From NCBI RefSeq assembly GCF_000027125.1, contig NC_017626.1: a stretch of 64,000 bases of DNA; one strand, written 5' to 3'. The position numbers and the translations under genes were made by a program. This DNA comes from Escherichia coli 042 (GTDB taxonomy: Bacteria > Pseudomonadota > Gammaproteobacteria > Enterobacterales > Enterobacteriaceae). The notes below the pieces were generated by a model. That model searched no databases. It was given only the letters and a program-made list of their open reading frames with translations, and was not told the DNA's origin. Shown here piece after piece: positions 30,247-41,665 of this stretch. The number at the start of each line of letters is the position of its first letter. Within the stretch, counting starts at the first letter, position 1.

Positions 30247-31239
30247 GTGCTCAAGGATTCACTCTCTTCCGCCAGGGTCTTTATGGGGCTATCACTATTA
30301 TTGCTAGCTCTGGTGCTGTTCGGTGCCAGTCAGGGAGCGTTAAAGATCAGTTTTGATGCCCTTTTTGATGAGGAATACCGCGATATTTGGCTCAATATTC
30401 GTCTACCACGGGTTTTGTTGGCGGTGCTGGTAGGTGCAGCGTTGGCAACCGCAGGGGTAATTATGCAGGGGCTTTTTCGCAACCCAATGGCTGACCCTGG
30501 ATTACTCGGCGTCAGTAGCGGTTCTGCATTAATGGTTGGCGTTGCTATTGTACTGCCCTTTTCGTTCCCCGTGGTGCTGGTGCTTTATGAACAAATGGTG
30601 TTTGCCATCGCCGGAAGTTTAGTGGTCTGCACCATCATTTTTCTCATCACGCAGCGCCATCGCGATGGCAGCATGATGCAATTGTTACTCGCCGGTATCG
30701 CCATCAATGCCCTGTGCGGCGCAGCGATCGGCATCCTGAGCTATATCGGCGATGAGCAACAGCTACGACAACTCACGTTGTGGATGATGGGCAATCTCGG
30801 TCAGGCGCAATGGCCAACGTTATTGGTTGCCAGTTCCTTCATTCTGCCCGCCATTATGGCAACAACGTGTCTCGCCGGAACGCTGAATTTGCTGCAGCTC
30901 GGTGATGAAGAAGCCCATTACCTCGGCGTGAACGTAAAGCGTAAACGCCAGCAATTACTGTTAGTGAGCTCACTGCTCGTTGGTGCCGCCGTATCGGTAA
31001 GCGGCATTATCGGCTTTATTGGCCTGGTGATCCCGCATCTGATTCGTATGACTACCGGGGCAAATCACCGCTGGCTAATCCCTTGCTCCGCCCTCGCCGG
31101 AGCCTGTTTATTGCTGATGGCAGACACGCTTGCCCGCACGCTGGTACAGCCAGCAGAAATGCCCGTGGGATTATTAACCAGCCTGCTTGGCGGTCCTTAT
31201 TTTATGTGGTTGATTCTGCGCAACCGGAGGATCACATGA
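30247..31239 (+). CDS. chuU: heme ABC transporter permease ChuU (FecCD family)
   Basis: 330-aa polytopic ORF with a GTG start. Confidence 0.9.
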   Translation: MLKDSLSSARVFMGLSLLLLALVLFGASQGALKISFDALFDEEYRDIWLNIRLPRVLLAVLVGAALATAGVIMQGLFRNPMADPGLLGVSSGSALMVGVAIVLPFSFPVVLVLYEQMVFAIAGSLVVCTIIFLITQRHRDGSMMQLLLAGIAINALCGAAIGILSYIGDEQQLRQLTLWMMGNLGQAQWPTLLVASSFILPAIMATTCLAGTLNLLQLGDEEAHYLGVNVKRKRQQLLLVSSLLVGAAVSVSGIIGFIGLVIPHLIRMTTGANHRWLIPCSALAGACLLLMADTLARTLVQPAEMPVGLLTSLLGGPYFMWLILRNRRIT

Positions 31240-32006
31240 TCAGCGCCCAGAATCTGGTTTATAGCCTTCAGGGGCGGCGTCTGACTGACAATGTCTCGCT
31301 GACTTTTCCCGGTGGGGAAATTGTTGCCATTCTCGGCCCTAATGGTGCGGGAAAATCTACGCTGCTTCGCCAGTTAACCGGCTATCTTCAACCTGATAGC
31401 GGCGAATGTCGGTTGTTTAATAAGCCATTAAATGAATGGTCGATTACTGAACTGGCGAAACACCGGGCCGTGATGCGTCAAAATAGCCACATGGCGTTTC
31501 CATTCAGCGTACAAGAAGTTATCCAGATGGGGCGGCATCCGCATCGTACTGGTAATCAGGATAATGAAACAGCACAAATAATGGCGTTATGTGACTGTCA
31601 GGCGTTAGCAAACCGCGACTATCGGCAATTATCCGGTGGTGAACAACAGCGCGTGCAATTAGCGCGCCTGCTGGTGCAACTCTGGGAACCTACTCCCTCA
31701 CCGAAATGGTTATTTCTTGATGAGCCAACTTCGGCGCTGGATATTCACCATCAGCAGCACTTGTTCCGTTTATTACGCCAGTTAGTTCACGAACGGCAGT
31801 TCAATGTTTGCTGCGTATTGCACGATCTAAATCTTGCCGCGCGTTATGCAGACCGTGTTGTATTAATGCAAAAAGGAAAGGTTATCGCAAATGGTAAACC
31901 TCAGGACGTATTGACACAGCAGGCGCTGACAATGCTCTACGGCGCGGATATTACCGTACTTAAAGATCCTGCCAACCATTCACCACTGATCGTCCTCGAT
32001 CATTAA
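31236..32006 (+). CDS. chuV: heme ABC transporter ATPase ChuV/HmuV
   Basis: [16 protein letters not shown]... with Walker [10 protein letters not shown], the LSGGEQQR signature and Walker [12 protein letters not shown]. The ATG at 31236 overlaps the chuU stop (ATGA). Confidence 0.93.
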   Translation: MISAQNLVYSLQGRRLTDNVSLTFPGGEIVAILGPNGAGKSTLLRQLTGYLQPDSGECRLFNKPLNEWSITELAKHRAVMRQNSHMAFPFSVQEVIQMGRHPHRTGNQDNETAQIMALCDCQALANRDYRQLSGGEQQRVQLARLLVQLWEPTPSPKWLFLDEPTSALDIHHQQHLFRLLRQLVHERQFNVCCVLHDLNLAARYADRVVLMQKGKVIANGKPQDVLTQQALTMLYGADITVLKDPANHSPLIVLDH

Positions 32007-32012
32007 AAGCAA

Positions 32013-32037
32013 CAGGAGTACCGCACTGGTACTCCTG
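32013..32037. terminator. hairpin between convergent chuV and yhiD
   Basis: 10-bp perfect stem caggagtacc-gcact-ggtactcctg. Confidence 0.6.
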
Positions 32038-32057
32038 CGAATAAATAACTATACAGA

Positions 32058-32705
32058 TTAGCTAATTGAAACGCCTTTCACCCCTGCCATACCTTTTAAT
32101 AATCGCAACAGATCTTCTATCGACGTTGTGGCATGAAGCTGGATATCAATGGCGACCACTTCATGATCTTCATTTTCCTGCAACGAAACTAAATCAGTTT
32201 TTATTTTTTGCTGCTTAAACCAGTCGAGCATTGACACCGTATTACCGTTCACTAATGTCAGCTGTAAATGGTAATTTTTGTTCATCAGGCGGAAGGTTAA
32301 TTGATGGAAGACTTCCAGCACCAGTAAGGTCATCACTGAACCATAAATGCCCAGTTCGTACATACCGCTACCAATAACCATACCAATGGCGGCGGTCACC
32401 CAGATATCCGCTGCCGTCGTCAGACCTACAATATTTTGGTTACGAACGAGAATGTTACCTGCACCGATAAACCCGACGCCCGTCACCACCTGAGCAGCAA
32501 TACGGCTGGGGTCCAGTCCGACGTGATCTAAAGACAGCACGTCAGCAAAACCATATTTCGAAACAATCATAAACAGGGCGCTTCCCATGCCAATTAATAC
32601 ATGTGTGCGTAACCCTGCTCCTTTGCCGCGCATTTGCCTTTCCATGCCAATAGCGCCACAGGCAATTGCTGCGAGTATAAGACGTATAATAAATTCTGCT
32701 GTCAT
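32058..32705 (-). CDS. yhiD: MgtC-family inner-membrane protein YhiD
   Basis: MTAEFIIRLILAAIACGAIGMERQ... The internal ATG gives 215 aa. Confidence 0.92.
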   Translation of the reverse strand: MTAEFIIRLILAAIACGAIGMERQMRGKGAGLRTHVLIGMGSALFMIVSKYGFADVLSLDHVGLDPSRIAAQVVTGVGFIGAGNILVRNQNIVGLTTAADIWVTAAIGMVIGSGMYELGIYGSVMTLLVLEVFHQLTFRLMNKNYHLQLTLVNGNTVSMLDWFKQQKIKTDLVSLQENEDHEVVAIDIQLHATTSIEDLLRLLKGMAGVKGVSIS

Positions 32706-32768
32706 ATAAAAATGCAAAAAGGAGCAGCAAGATGGCTCAACTTGCTACTCCTTTTTACTTGTACCTCA

Positions 32769-33095
32769 TTAATTCGGCAAGTCATTAGATGCTTGATTTT
32801 TGAAGGTATACAAATTTTTCTGCGGGTTTTTCTTGCAGTATTCGATCACTTTAGGAATTTGAGTGAGATCGGTTTCATTTAAAGTAACGGTATCGCCACC
32901 TTTATATACTGTTTCTTCATGCAGCATCCACCATGCAACCGGTGTCATGGCTTTTGGATTCAGATCAATAAATTCCTGGCAGGTCATATCTTTAGCGGAT
33001 TCATTGGCTGCCAGCGCAGATTGTGCGTTCACCAGTGACAAAGCCGCTACAGCGCCCATAAAAATAAACGCTTTACGGAGAGATGAAATATTCAT
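32769..33095 (-). CDS. hdeB: periplasmic acid-stress chaperone HdeB
   Basis: MNISSLRKAFIFMGAVAALSLVNAQSALA..., 108 aa from the internal ATG. Confidence 0.95.
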   Translation of the reverse strand: MNISSLRKAFIFMGAVAALSLVNAQSALAANESAKDMTCQEFIDLNPKAMTPVAWWMLHEETVYKGGDTVTLNETDLTQIPKVIEYCKKNPQKNLYTFKNQASNDLPN

Positions 33096-33210
33096 TTTGT
33101 AACCCATTCAATATAGAGATTATATATGAACAGGAGGAATAGCTGCTTTTAAAGAAGATATTCCGGCCTGTTCAATATGCAAGGAAGTACGATGTAACGC
33201 ATTCCCGGAA

Positions 33211-33543
33211 TTACATATCTTTCTTAATTTTGTCCCATTCGCCTTTAACTTTATCTTTAAAGTTGGCTTGTTTATCCTGAGTACAAGCCTGAACGATAGC
33301 TGGGGTTACGGTTGCAATACCCTGAACATCTAAAACCGCATCTTCTGGTTTATCTTTGTTGTTCAGCGCTTCAGCAAAACCAACTGCAGTTGGCTGGAAG
33401 GATTCGTCCACAGCCAGGAAATCTTCACAGGTCCAGGAGTTGACCGGTTTTTTGTTATCAGCTGCTTTTTGCGCATCCGCTGCATTGCTCACAACTGGCA
33501 GAAGAAGCAGACCACCAAGAATAACGCCTAATACTTTTTTCAT
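33211..33543 (-). CDS. hdeA: periplasmic acid-stress chaperone HdeA
   Basis: 110 aa. MKKVLGVILGGLLLLPVVSNA forms the signal peptide. Confidence 0.97.
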   Translation of the reverse strand: MKKVLGVILGGLLLLPVVSNAADAQKAADNKKPVNSWTCEDFLAVDESFQPTAVGFAEALNNKDKPEDAVLDVQGIATVTPAIVQACTQDKQANFKDKVKGEWDKIKKDM

Positions 33544-33701
33544 CGTAATATCCTCAACTATAAAGTGAAAGAGCCGTCACGAATCAATTTCGACACTGAG
33601 GTTATAACCTGGTTTTCTGTATATGTCATGTTGATGGAAAATATCAAAATCAGATATTTTTATTTCAATACAATGAGTTACAGATGCATCAGATACTGTA
33701 A

Positions 33702-33721
33702 TTAGGAAATTTTTATTAAAT
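33702..33721. promoter_or_regulatory. GAD-box-like site in the hdeAB/hdeD divergent region
   Basis: ttaggaaatttttattaaat versus the GAD box TTAGGATTTTGTTATTTAAA. The match is partial. Confidence 0.45.
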
Positions 33722-33797
33722 CGACTGCATTCTTAGACGCGTTTTTGGCATAGATTGATAGCAGGGGATTTTCTTCTTAATTTTATAGGGTGGTTCT

Positions 33798-34370
33798 ATG
33801 TTATATATAGATAAGGCAACAATTTTGAAGTTTGATCTGGAGATGCTGAAAAAGCATCGCAGAGCAATCCAGTTTATTGCCGTGTTGCTGTTTATCGTCG
33901 GGTTGCTGTGTATCAGTTTCCCGTTCGTCTCTGGCGATATTTTAAGCACGGTAGTGGGTGCATTATTAATATGCTCGGGCGTTGCGCTTATTGTTGGATT
34001 ATTCAGCAACCGCAGTCATAATTTCTGGCCGGTATTATCCGGTTTCCTCGTCGCAGTCGCCTATTTATTGATCGGCTATTTCTTCATCCGCGCACCGGAG
34101 CTGGGCATTTTTGCCATTGCGGCATTTATTGCCGGTTTGTTCTGTGTTGCAGGGGTTATTCGCCTGATGAGTTGGTATCGTCAGCGTTCAATGAAAGGCA
34201 GCTGGCTACAGCTCGTTATTGGTGTGCTGGATATCGTCATTGCCTGGATATTCCTTGGTGCAACGCCGATGGTGTCTGTAACTTTGGTTTCCACACTGGT
34301 GGGTATTGAACTGATATTTAGCGCCGCCAGCCTGTTCAGCTTCGCCAGTTTGTTCGTTAAGCAGCAATAA
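33798..34370 (+). CDS. hdeD: acid-resistance membrane protein HdeD
   Basis: 190-aa multi-TM ORF recognised as HdeD. Confidence 0.95.
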   Translation: MLYIDKATILKFDLEMLKKHRRAIQFIAVLLFIVGLLCISFPFVSGDILSTVVGALLICSGVALIVGLFSNRSHNFWPVLSGFLVAVAYLLIGYFFIRAPELGIFAIAAFIAGLFCVAGVIRLMSWYRQRSMKGSWLQLVIGVLDIVIAWIFLGATPMVSVTLVSTLVGIELIFSAASLFSFASLFVKQQ

Positions 34371-34387
34371 TTATCCCAGTTGTCACC

Positions 34388-34420
34388 CGGATCATAGTCA
34401 CTTGATGTGACTATGATCCG
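34388..34420 (+). terminator. hairpin after hdeD
   Basis: 14-bp perfect stem cggatcatagtcac-ttgat-gtgactatgatccg. Confidence 0.65.
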
Positions 34421-35166
34421 ATTAATACTCTCTCCGCTACACAGCGTTGTAGATCAATTGCGCACTATCATTGAAATAATTACCTGCTGATGATTATTTC
34501 AACCTACTGAATTTCATCTGATTTTTTCATTCCATGGCAAATTAGCCATTTCAAACATTATCATGGCTGATATTTTCCGTAGTCAGGTTTAATGTTTTAA
34601 AAGTGCTGTGGGAAAGTGAACAAAGAGTTCCGTAAGCGTTGATGCTATGGGCGGTTAAATAAGTAATCCGGGTTCATTTTTTGCAACAGGCGTTGATTAC
34701 ATTGCATAAATATCCGTGTCTCCAGACGCTATATAAAAACCTGAAGACATGAATGAGTTATTTACTCAGGTAATTTCAATGCGTTAAAAGAAAGCTGGCA
34801 ATCCAATTGCCAGCTTAAGTCGAAACAAGGAGACTCGATATTTAAATCGGATTACATTTTAACTTTAGTAATATTCTTCAGAGATCACAAACTGGTTATT
34901 GATAACTTATTCTTGGGCAGTAATCCGCAAACGTTAACTTTTTGTTTACTATTTACAAACTGTTAACAACCAGGAATCTTACTTAGGATCAATATATGGA
35001 GTGCGTGATGGATAAATCTGAAGTATTGATTAGTGTTAATAAACGTATTAGTTCACGAAGGGCAAAGTTCTTATAGGCGTTTACTATATTGAACAACGAT
35101 TCGGACAAGGATGTAAATAATGAAAAGGATGACATGTGCGAAACGATAACGGCTAAGGAGCAAGTT

Positions 35167-35694
35167 ATGATTTTTCTCATGACGAAAGATTCTTTTCTTT
35201 TACAGGGCTTTTGGCAGTTGAAAGATAATCACGAAATGATAAAAATCAATTCCCTGTCAGAGATCAAAAAAGTAGGCAATAAACCCTTCAAGGTTATCAT
35301 TGATACCTATCACAATCATATCCTTGATGAAGAAGCGATTAAATTTCTGGAGAAATTAGATGCCGAGAGAATTATTGTTTTGGCACCTTATCACATCAGT
35401 AAACTAAAAGCTAAAGCGCCTATTTATTTTGTCAGCCGCAAAGAAAGTATCAAAAATCTTCTTGAGATTACTTATGGTAAACACTTGCCCCATAAGAATT
35501 CACAATTATGTTTTTCACATAATCAGTTCAAAATTATGCAACTGATTCTGAAAAATAAAAATGAAAGCAATATCACGTCGACGCTCAATATTTCGCAACA
35601 AACATTAAAGATTCAGAAATTCAACATTATGTACAAGCTGAAACTAAGACGTATGAGCGACATCGTCACCCTGGGTATCACATCTTATTTTTAG
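35167..35694 (+). CDS. gadE: LuxR-family acid-resistance master activator GadE
   Basis: MIFLMTKDSFLLQGFWQLKDNHEMIKI..., 175 aa from the internal ATG. It is preceded by an ~800-bp AT-rich regulatory region. Confidence 0.95.
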   Translation: MIFLMTKDSFLLQGFWQLKDNHEMIKINSLSEIKKVGNKPFKVIIDTYHNHILDEEAIKFLEKLDAERIIVLAPYHISKLKAKAPIYFVSRKESIKNLLEITYGKHLPHKNSQLCFSHNQFKIMQLILKNKNESNITSTLNISQQTLKIQKFNIMYKLKLRRMSDIVTLGITSYF

Positions 35695-36032
35695 TCAGGA
35701 CATAAGCAACTGAAATTGATGGCTGGCATGACGAGGGATGCAGATGCTGATTTCATTACCCCCGGTGATTACTAAAGGAGAGGCGAAAACGACTTTATTC
35801 CCCTGGTATGTGTATCCACCAGTAGAACCCTTCGTTGCCCGAATGCTGGCAGGAACTGTTGGCAGAACGGCAACATTTTTTTTGTCGTTGACCTCACCAT
35901 GTCGATCACTATGCCTGTATCCCACCTTACTGGCTGACAACCCCACTATGCCGCTGGTCTGTAAATCCCTCATATCTCTCCTCGCGCGCAATTTAAAGAA
36001 CCGTTATTTCTCAAGAATTTTCAGGGACTAAA

Positions 36033-37190
36033 ATGAACAGAAGAAGAAAGCTGTTAATACCGTTGTTATTCTGCGGCGCGATGCTCACCGCCTGCGATGA
36101 CAAATCGGCGGAAAACGCCGCCGCCATGACGCCTGAGGTCGGTGTCGTCACGCTCTCCCCCGGTTCGGTCAATGTGTTGAGCGAATTACCCGGTAGAACC
36201 GTTCCTTATGAAGTTGCCGAGATACGTCCCCAGGTGGGCGGTATTATCATTAAACGCAACTTTATCGAAGGCGATAAAGTGAACCAGGGCGATTCGCTGT
36301 ATCAGATTGATCCTGCACCTTTACAGGCCGAGCTGAACTCCGCCAAAGGCACGCTGGCGAAAGCGCTCTCTACCGCCAGCAATGCCCGCATCACCTTTAA
36401 CCGCCAGGCATCGTTGCTGAAGACCAACTACGTTAGCCGTCAGGATTACGACACCGCGCGCACCCAGTTGAATGAAGCAGAAGCCAATGTCACCGTCGCC
36501 AAAGCGGCTGTTGAACAGGCGACTATCAACCTGCAATACGCAAATGTCACCTCGCCGATTACGGGCGTCAGCGGGAAATCGTCGGTGACCGTCGGCGCAC
36601 TCGTTACCGCTAATCAGGCAGATTCGCTGGTTACCGTACAACGTCTGGACCCGATTTATGTCGATCTCACGCAGTCGGTGCAGGATTTCTTGCGTATGAA
36701 AGAAGAGGTCGCCAGTGGGCAAATCAAACAGGTTCAGGGCAGTACGCCAGTACAGCTCAATCTGGAAAATGGTAAACGTTACAGCCAGACCGGCACGCTG
36801 AAATTCTCCGACCCGACGGTGGATGAAACCACGGGCTCCGTGACGTTACGGGCGATTTTCCCCAACCCAAATGGTGACTTGCTGCCTGGCATGTATGTCA
36901 CGGCATTAGTGGATGAAGGTAGCCGCCAGAATGTATTACTGGTGCCGCAGGAAGGTGTCACCCACAACGCCCAGGGTAAAGCAACGGCGCTCATTCTGGA
37001 TAAAGACGATGTTGTGCAGCTACGCGAAATTGAAGCCAGCAAAGCCATCGGCGACCAGTGGGTCGTCACCTCTGGCTTACAGGCTGGCGATCGGGTGATT
37101 GTTTCCGGTTTGCAACGCATTCGTCCGGGTATCAAAGCACGAGCAATTTCCTCCAGCCAGGAAAACGCCAGCACCGAATCGAAACAATAA
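36033..37190 (+). CDS. mdtE: RND efflux membrane-fusion lipoprotein MdtE
   Basis: 385 aa with lipobox LTAC. Confidence 0.95.
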   Translation: MNRRRKLLIPLLFCGAMLTACDDKSAENAAAMTPEVGVVTLSPGSVNVLSELPGRTVPYEVAEIRPQVGGIIIKRNFIEGDKVNQGDSLYQIDPAPLQAELNSAKGTLAKALSTASNARITFNRQASLLKTNYVSRQDYDTARTQLNEAEANVTVAKAAVEQATINLQYANVTSPITGVSGKSSVTVGALVTANQADSLVTVQRLDPIYVDLTQSVQDFLRMKEEVASGQIKQVQGSTPVQLNLENGKRYSQTGTLKFSDPTVDETTGSVTLRAIFPNPNGDLLPGMYVTALVDEGSRQNVLLVPQEGVTHNAQGKATALILDKDDVVQLREIEASKAIGDQWVVTSGLQAGDRVIVSGLQRIRPGIKARAISSSQENASTESKQ

Positions 37191-37214
37191 CGTTGCAGGC
37201 TTAAGGGGACTTTC

Positions 37215-40200
37215 ATGGCTAACTATTTTATTGATCGCCCGGTTTTTGCCTGGGTACTTGCCATTATTATGATGCTTGCAGGCGGTCTGGCGATCATGAA
37301 CTTACCGGTTGCGCAGTATCCGCAGATTGCGCCACCGACCATTACCATCAGCGCTACCTATCCAGGTGCCGATGCGCAAACGGTAGAAGACTCGGTCACT
37401 CAGGTGATTGAGCAAAATATGAATGGGCTTGATGGCCTGATGTACATGTCTTCAACCAGTGATGCGGCGGGTAATGCCTCTATTACTCTGACCTTCGAGA
37501 CTGGGACATCTCCTGATATCGCACAGGTTCAGGTGCAAAATAAACTGCAGCTCGCTATGCCTTCATTACCTGAAGCGGTGCAGCAGCAGGGGATTAGCGT
37601 CGATAAGTCGAGCAGTAATATCCTGATGGTAGCGGCGTTTATTTCTGATAACGGCAGCCTCAACCAGTACGATATCGCGGACTATGTAGCGTCTAATATC
37701 AAAGACCCGCTAAGCCGTACCGCGGGCGTTGGTAGCGTACAGCTCTTTGGTTCCGAGTACGCCATGCGTATCTGGCTGGACCCGCAAAAACTCAATAAAT
37801 ACAATCTGGTACCTTCCGATGTTATTTCCCAGATTAAGGTGCAGAACAACCAGATTTCTGGTGGGCAATTGGGTGGCATGCCACAGGCGGCAGACCAGCA
37901 GCTAAACGCCTCGATCATTGTGCAGACGCGTCTGCAAACGCCGGAAGAATTTGGCAAAATCCTGTTGAAAGTTCAGCAAGATGGTTCGCAAGTGCTGCTG
38001 CGTGATGTCGCCCGCGTCGAACTTGGAGCGGAAGATTATTCCACCGTGGCGCGCTATAACGGCAAACCTGCTGCCGGGATCGCCATCAAACTGGCTACCG
38101 GAGCAAACGCCCTGGATACCTCGCGGGCAGTCAAAGAGGAGCTGAACCGCTTATCAGCCTATTTCCCCGCAAGTCTGAAGACGGTTTATCCTTACGACAC
38201 CACGCCGTTTATCGAAATTTCTATTCAGGAAGTTTTTAAAACACTGGTTGAGGCTATCATCCTCGTCTTCCTGGTCATGTATCTGTTTTTGCAGAATTTC
38301 CGTGCCACAATCATCCCGACGATTGCCGTACCGGTGGTTATTCTCGGGACGTTTGCGATCTTGTCGGCGGTCGGTTTCACCATCAACACGTTAACTATGT
38401 TCGGGATGGTGCTGGCGATAGGGTTACTGGTGGATGACGCCATCGTGGTGGTGGAGAACGTCGAGCGTGTCATTGCGGAAGATAAGCTACCGCCGAAGGA
38501 AGCAACGCATAAATCGATGGGGCAGATCCAACGTGCGCTGGTCGGGATTGCCGTTGTTCTTTCCGCAGTGTTTATGCCGATGGCCTTTATGAGCGGTGCA
38601 ACCGGGGAGATCTACCGCCAGTTCTCCATCACGCTGATCTCCTCCATGCTGCTTTCAGTATTTGTGGCAATGAGCCTGACCCCTGCCCTGTGCGCCACCA
38701 TTCTGAAAGCCGCGCCGGAAGGCGGTCATAAACCTAACGCCCTGTTCGCACGCTTCAACACGCTGTTTGAAAAATCAACTCAGCACTATACCAATAGCAC
38801 CCGCTCGCTGTTGCGTTGTACCGGTCGCTACATGGTGGTCTACCTGCTGATTTGCGCCGGGATGGCGGTGCTGTTCCTGCGTACGCCGACCTCTTTCTTA
38901 CCAGAAGAGGATCAGGGGGTATTTATGACCACCGCGCAGTTACCTTCCGGTGCCACCATGGTTAACACCACGAAAGTGCTGCAACAGGTGACGGATTATT
39001 ATCTGACTAAAGAGAAAGATAATGTTCAGTCGGTGTTTACCGTTGGCGGCTTTGGCTTCAGCGGCCAGGGGCAAAACAACGGTCTGGCGTTTATCAGCCT
39101 CAAACCGTGGTCTGAACGTGTCGGTGAGGAAAACTCGGTTACCGCGATCATTCAGCGGGCAATGATTGCGTTAAGCAGTATCAATAAAGCCGTCGTCTTC
39201 CCGTTCAACTTACCCGCGGTGGCTGAACTGGGTACCGCGTCAGGTTTTGATATGGAACTGCTGGACAACGGCAACCTGGGGCACGAAAAACTGACCCAGG
39301 CGCGAAACGAGCTATTATCACTGGCAGCGCAATCACCGAATCAAGTCACCGGGGTACGTCCGAACGGACTGGAAGATACGCCGATGTTCAAAGTGAACGT
39401 CAACGCCGCGAAAGCTGAGGCAATGGGTGTGGCGCTGTCTGATATCAACCAGACAATTTCCACCGCCTTCGGCAGCAGCTACGTGAACGACTTCCTCAAC
39501 CAGGGGCGGGTGAAAAAAGTGTATGTCCAGGCAGGCACGCCGTTCCGTATGTTGCCGGATAACATCAACCAATGGTATGTACGCAACGCCTCTGGCACGA
39601 TGGCACCGCTTTCGGCCTATTCGTCTACCGAATGGACCTATGGTTCACCGCGACTGGAACGCTACAACGGCATCCCGTCAATGGAGATTTTAGGTGAAGC
39701 GGCGGCCGGGAAAAGTACCGGTGACGCCATGAAATTTATGGCAGACCTGGTCGCTAAACTTCCGGCAGGCGTCGGCTACTCATGGACCGGACTGTCGTAT
39801 CAGGAAGCGTTATCCTCAAATCAGGCTCCCGCGCTGTATGCCATTTCACTGGTCGTGGTGTTCCTCGCCCTCGCCGCACTTTATGAGAGCTGGTCAATTC
39901 CGTTCTCGGTGATGTTGGTTGTACCGTTAGGCGTCGTTGGCGCATTACTGGCCACCGATCTACGCGGCTTAAGTAATGACGTCTACTTCCAGGTTGGTTT
40001 GCTGACCACCATCGGGCTTTCCGCCAAAAACGCCATCCTGATTGTCGAATTTGCCGTTGAGATGATGCAGAAAGAAGGGAAAACGCCGATAGAGGCGATC
40101 ATCGAAGCGGCGCGAATGCGTTTACGCCCAATCCTGATGACCTCTCTGGCCTTTATTCTCGGCCTGCTGCCGCTGGTTATCAGTCATGGTGCCGGTTCTG

Positions 40201-40328
40201 GCGCGCAAAACGCGGTAGGTACCGGCGTGATGGGCGGGATGTTTGCCGCAACAGTGCTGGCAATTTACTTCGTTCCGGTCTTTTTCGTTGTAGTGGAACA
40301 TCTCTTTGCCCGCTTTAAAAAAGCGTAA
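37215..40328 (+). CDS. mdtF: RND efflux pump MdtF
   Basis: 1037 aa. [24 protein letters not shown] is an AcrB-family N-terminus. Confidence 0.96.
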   Translation: MANYFIDRPVFAWVLAIIMMLAGGLAIMNLPVAQYPQIAPPTITISATYPGADAQTVEDSVTQVIEQNMNGLDGLMYMSSTSDAAGNASITLTFETGTSPDIAQVQVQNKLQLAMPSLPEAVQQQGISVDKSSSNILMVAAFISDNGSLNQYDIADYVASNIKDPLSRTAGVGSVQLFGSEYAMRIWLDPQKLNKYNLVPSDVISQIKVQNNQISGGQLGGMPQAADQQLNASIIVQTRLQTPEEFGKILLKVQQDGSQVLLRDVARVELGAEDYSTVARYNGKPAAGIAIKLATGANALDTSRAVKEELNRLSAYFPASLKTVYPYDTTPFIEISIQEVFKTLVEAIILVFLVMYLFLQNFRATIIPTIAVPVVILGTFAILSAVGFTINTLTMFGMVLAIGLLVDDAIVVVENVERVIAEDKLPPKEATHKSMGQIQRALVGIAVVLSAVFMPMAFMSGATGEIYRQFSITLISSMLLSVFVAMSLTPALCATILKAAPEGGHKPNALFARFNTLFEKSTQHYTNSTRSLLRCTGRYMVVYLLICAGMAVLFLRTPTSFLPEEDQGVFMTTAQLPSGATMVNTTKVLQQVTDYYLTKEKDNVQSVFTVGGFGFSGQGQNNGLAFISLKPWSERVGEENSVTAIIQRAMIALSSINKAVVFPFNLPAVAELGTASGFDMELLDNGNLGHEKLTQARNELLSLAAQSPNQVTGVRPNGLEDTPMFKVNVNAAKAEAMGVALSDINQTISTAFGSSYVNDFLNQGRVKKVYVQAGTPFRMLPDNINQWYVRNASGTMAPLSAYSSTEWTYGSPRLERYNGIPSMEILGEAAAGKSTGDAMKFMADLVAKLPAGVGYSWTGLSYQEALSSNQAPALYAISLVVVFLALAALYESWSIPFSVMLVVPLGVVGALLATDLRGLSNDVYFQVGLLTTIGLSAKNAILIVEFAVEMMQKEGKTPIEAIIEAARMRLRPILMTSLAFILGLLPLVISHGAGSGAQNAVGTGVMGGMFAATVLAIYFVPVFFVVVEHLFARFKKA

Positions 40329-40339
40329 CGTGTAAATGA

Positions 40340-40378
40340 GAGTAAGGTTGAACGTGAGGGTTCAGCCTTACTCTTTCC
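40340..40378 (+). terminator. mdtF terminator
   Basis: Stem gagtaaggttgaac / gttcagccttactc (one mismatch) followed by tttcc. Confidence 0.65.
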
Positions 40379-40690
40379 TGCCAACCATTCACCACTCAAC
40401 AACCAGCTAACCGTCAGGAATACCAGGCTTAGTACACAGCACTGAAAGTAGAAACCACTCCAGCCATTCGTCATCAATTTGAATAACACAATAGTGACCC
40501 ACATTCCCGTAATCGTATGAATTGTCAGCTTAATAATCCCAAACATGCCGAGTCTTTTCCTCCTGAAAATACCTATACCGCCTGGCAAACTGCGAAAGAG
40601 AACTAGCCGGTAGCCCGGCAGAAATCATCAGGGAAGAGTTTCACATGAAGCAGGTGTGAGATCCTGACCAATATTCAAATGCAAAATATG

Positions 40691-41419
40691 TCAGGAAAAG
40701 GTACCTGGCGAATGTTGCGCAAACTGATGTGGCGTTACACCATAATATTGTCGAAATGTGTTTATAAAGTACGATGTACTGCTATAGCCACATTTTTCCG
40801 CAATAGTATGCAGAGGAATTTGACGTAACTCGAGTAATCGTCTGGCCATCGACATCCTGGAGGCGAGTAATATTTTACTGAAACAGGTATTTTCATCCTG
40901 CAACTTTTTTTTGATTAGACTCTCGCTGGTATACATTCTTTCCGCGATATCGCGCAGATACCAACGTTTAGCGATATCAAAGCTAATAAGGCGTTCAACT
41001 TTTCCTGAAACAGTACTGATACTATTGAAAAGTAAGGGGATCAGTTCTTTCTTATGAGAAAACATCGATAAACAGGAAAGATAGAGCATTTTGCTCAGTA
41101 TCGGCGAATTTACCCCGGAGTCATTGAAACTATCAAAAATCGCCGTCACCAGCGGCATGGGGGGTGACTGGTTAATTAACAGACGGTCTTTGCTATGTAA
41201 CCCTAAATTGCGTGGTATCTGACGAATATTTTGTAAGTAATGGCAAACTGTCAGCTCATCGATATCCAGTCGTCGCGTATCCGGTGAACAAAACGCAAAA
41301 TCGTCTGCCAAATTTTTATCCAGTAACAGGATACTCTCGTTGTGCAACGATATTTTTTGCTGTTCATGATAAATATCGAATGAACGACGAACGAGGATCA
41401 CCGAGCAGACATGAGTCAT
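40691..41419 (-). CDS. gadW: AraC-family acid-resistance regulator GadW
   Basis: 242 aa with a C-terminal AraC HTH (GYSSTSYFINTFRQYYGVTPHQF). Confidence 0.95.
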   Translation of the reverse strand: MTHVCSVILVRRSFDIYHEQQKISLHNESILLLDKNLADDFAFCSPDTRRLDIDELTVCHYLQNIRQIPRNLGLHSKDRLLINQSPPMPLVTAIFDSFNDSGVNSPILSKMLYLSCLSMFSHKKELIPLLFNSISTVSGKVERLISFDIAKRWYLRDIAERMYTSESLIKKKLQDENTCFSKILLASRMSMARRLLELRQIPLHTIAEKCGYSSTSYFINTFRQYYGVTPHQFAQHSPGTFS

Positions 41420-41665
41420 GACTATCCCTTATATTTCATTACTGCGATTATTTCAATTTCAGTATACTAATGAAATGATGCCAGACTGTTTCTTAGCGCA
41501 AAAACTGCCAGATTTGGTAGGACCAAAATTTATCCACAAAGTAGTTTTGCATAACAGTTAATTGATAATAAGTAAATGCAACACGAATATATTTTCGCAC
41601 AGCGTATAGCTTATGTTTATAAAAAAATGGCTGATCTTATTTCCAGTAAAAGTTATATTTAACTT

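Larger units (their letters stand above)
22994..32057. other. chu heme-utilisation genomic island inserted between dctR and yhiD
   Basis: Eight chu genes occupy a junction where, as I recall, dctR and yhiD are adjacent in K-12. No mobility genes are present. Confidence 0.85.

Noticed and set aside
31083-31235. Extension of chuV into chuU
   Set aside because: It is an out-of-frame overlap with chuU. The ABC ATPase N-terminus MISAQNL at 31236 shows ATGA stop-start coupling.
23022-32047. 8-mer aataaata at both chu island junctions (23022-23029 and 32040-32047)
   Set aside because: A short, AT-rich 8-mer like this is expected by chance, so it is not convincing as a target duplication.
34980-35000. 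ttaggatcaatatatggagt as a possible GAD box upstream of gadE
   Set aside because: Only the first 7 nt match the 20-bp GAD box.
35695-36031. 98-aa (minus) and 97-aa (plus) ORFs in the gadE-mdtE spacer
   Set aside because: They mutually overlap, have no SD and show odd composition. The region is the known gadE-mdtE intergenic leader.
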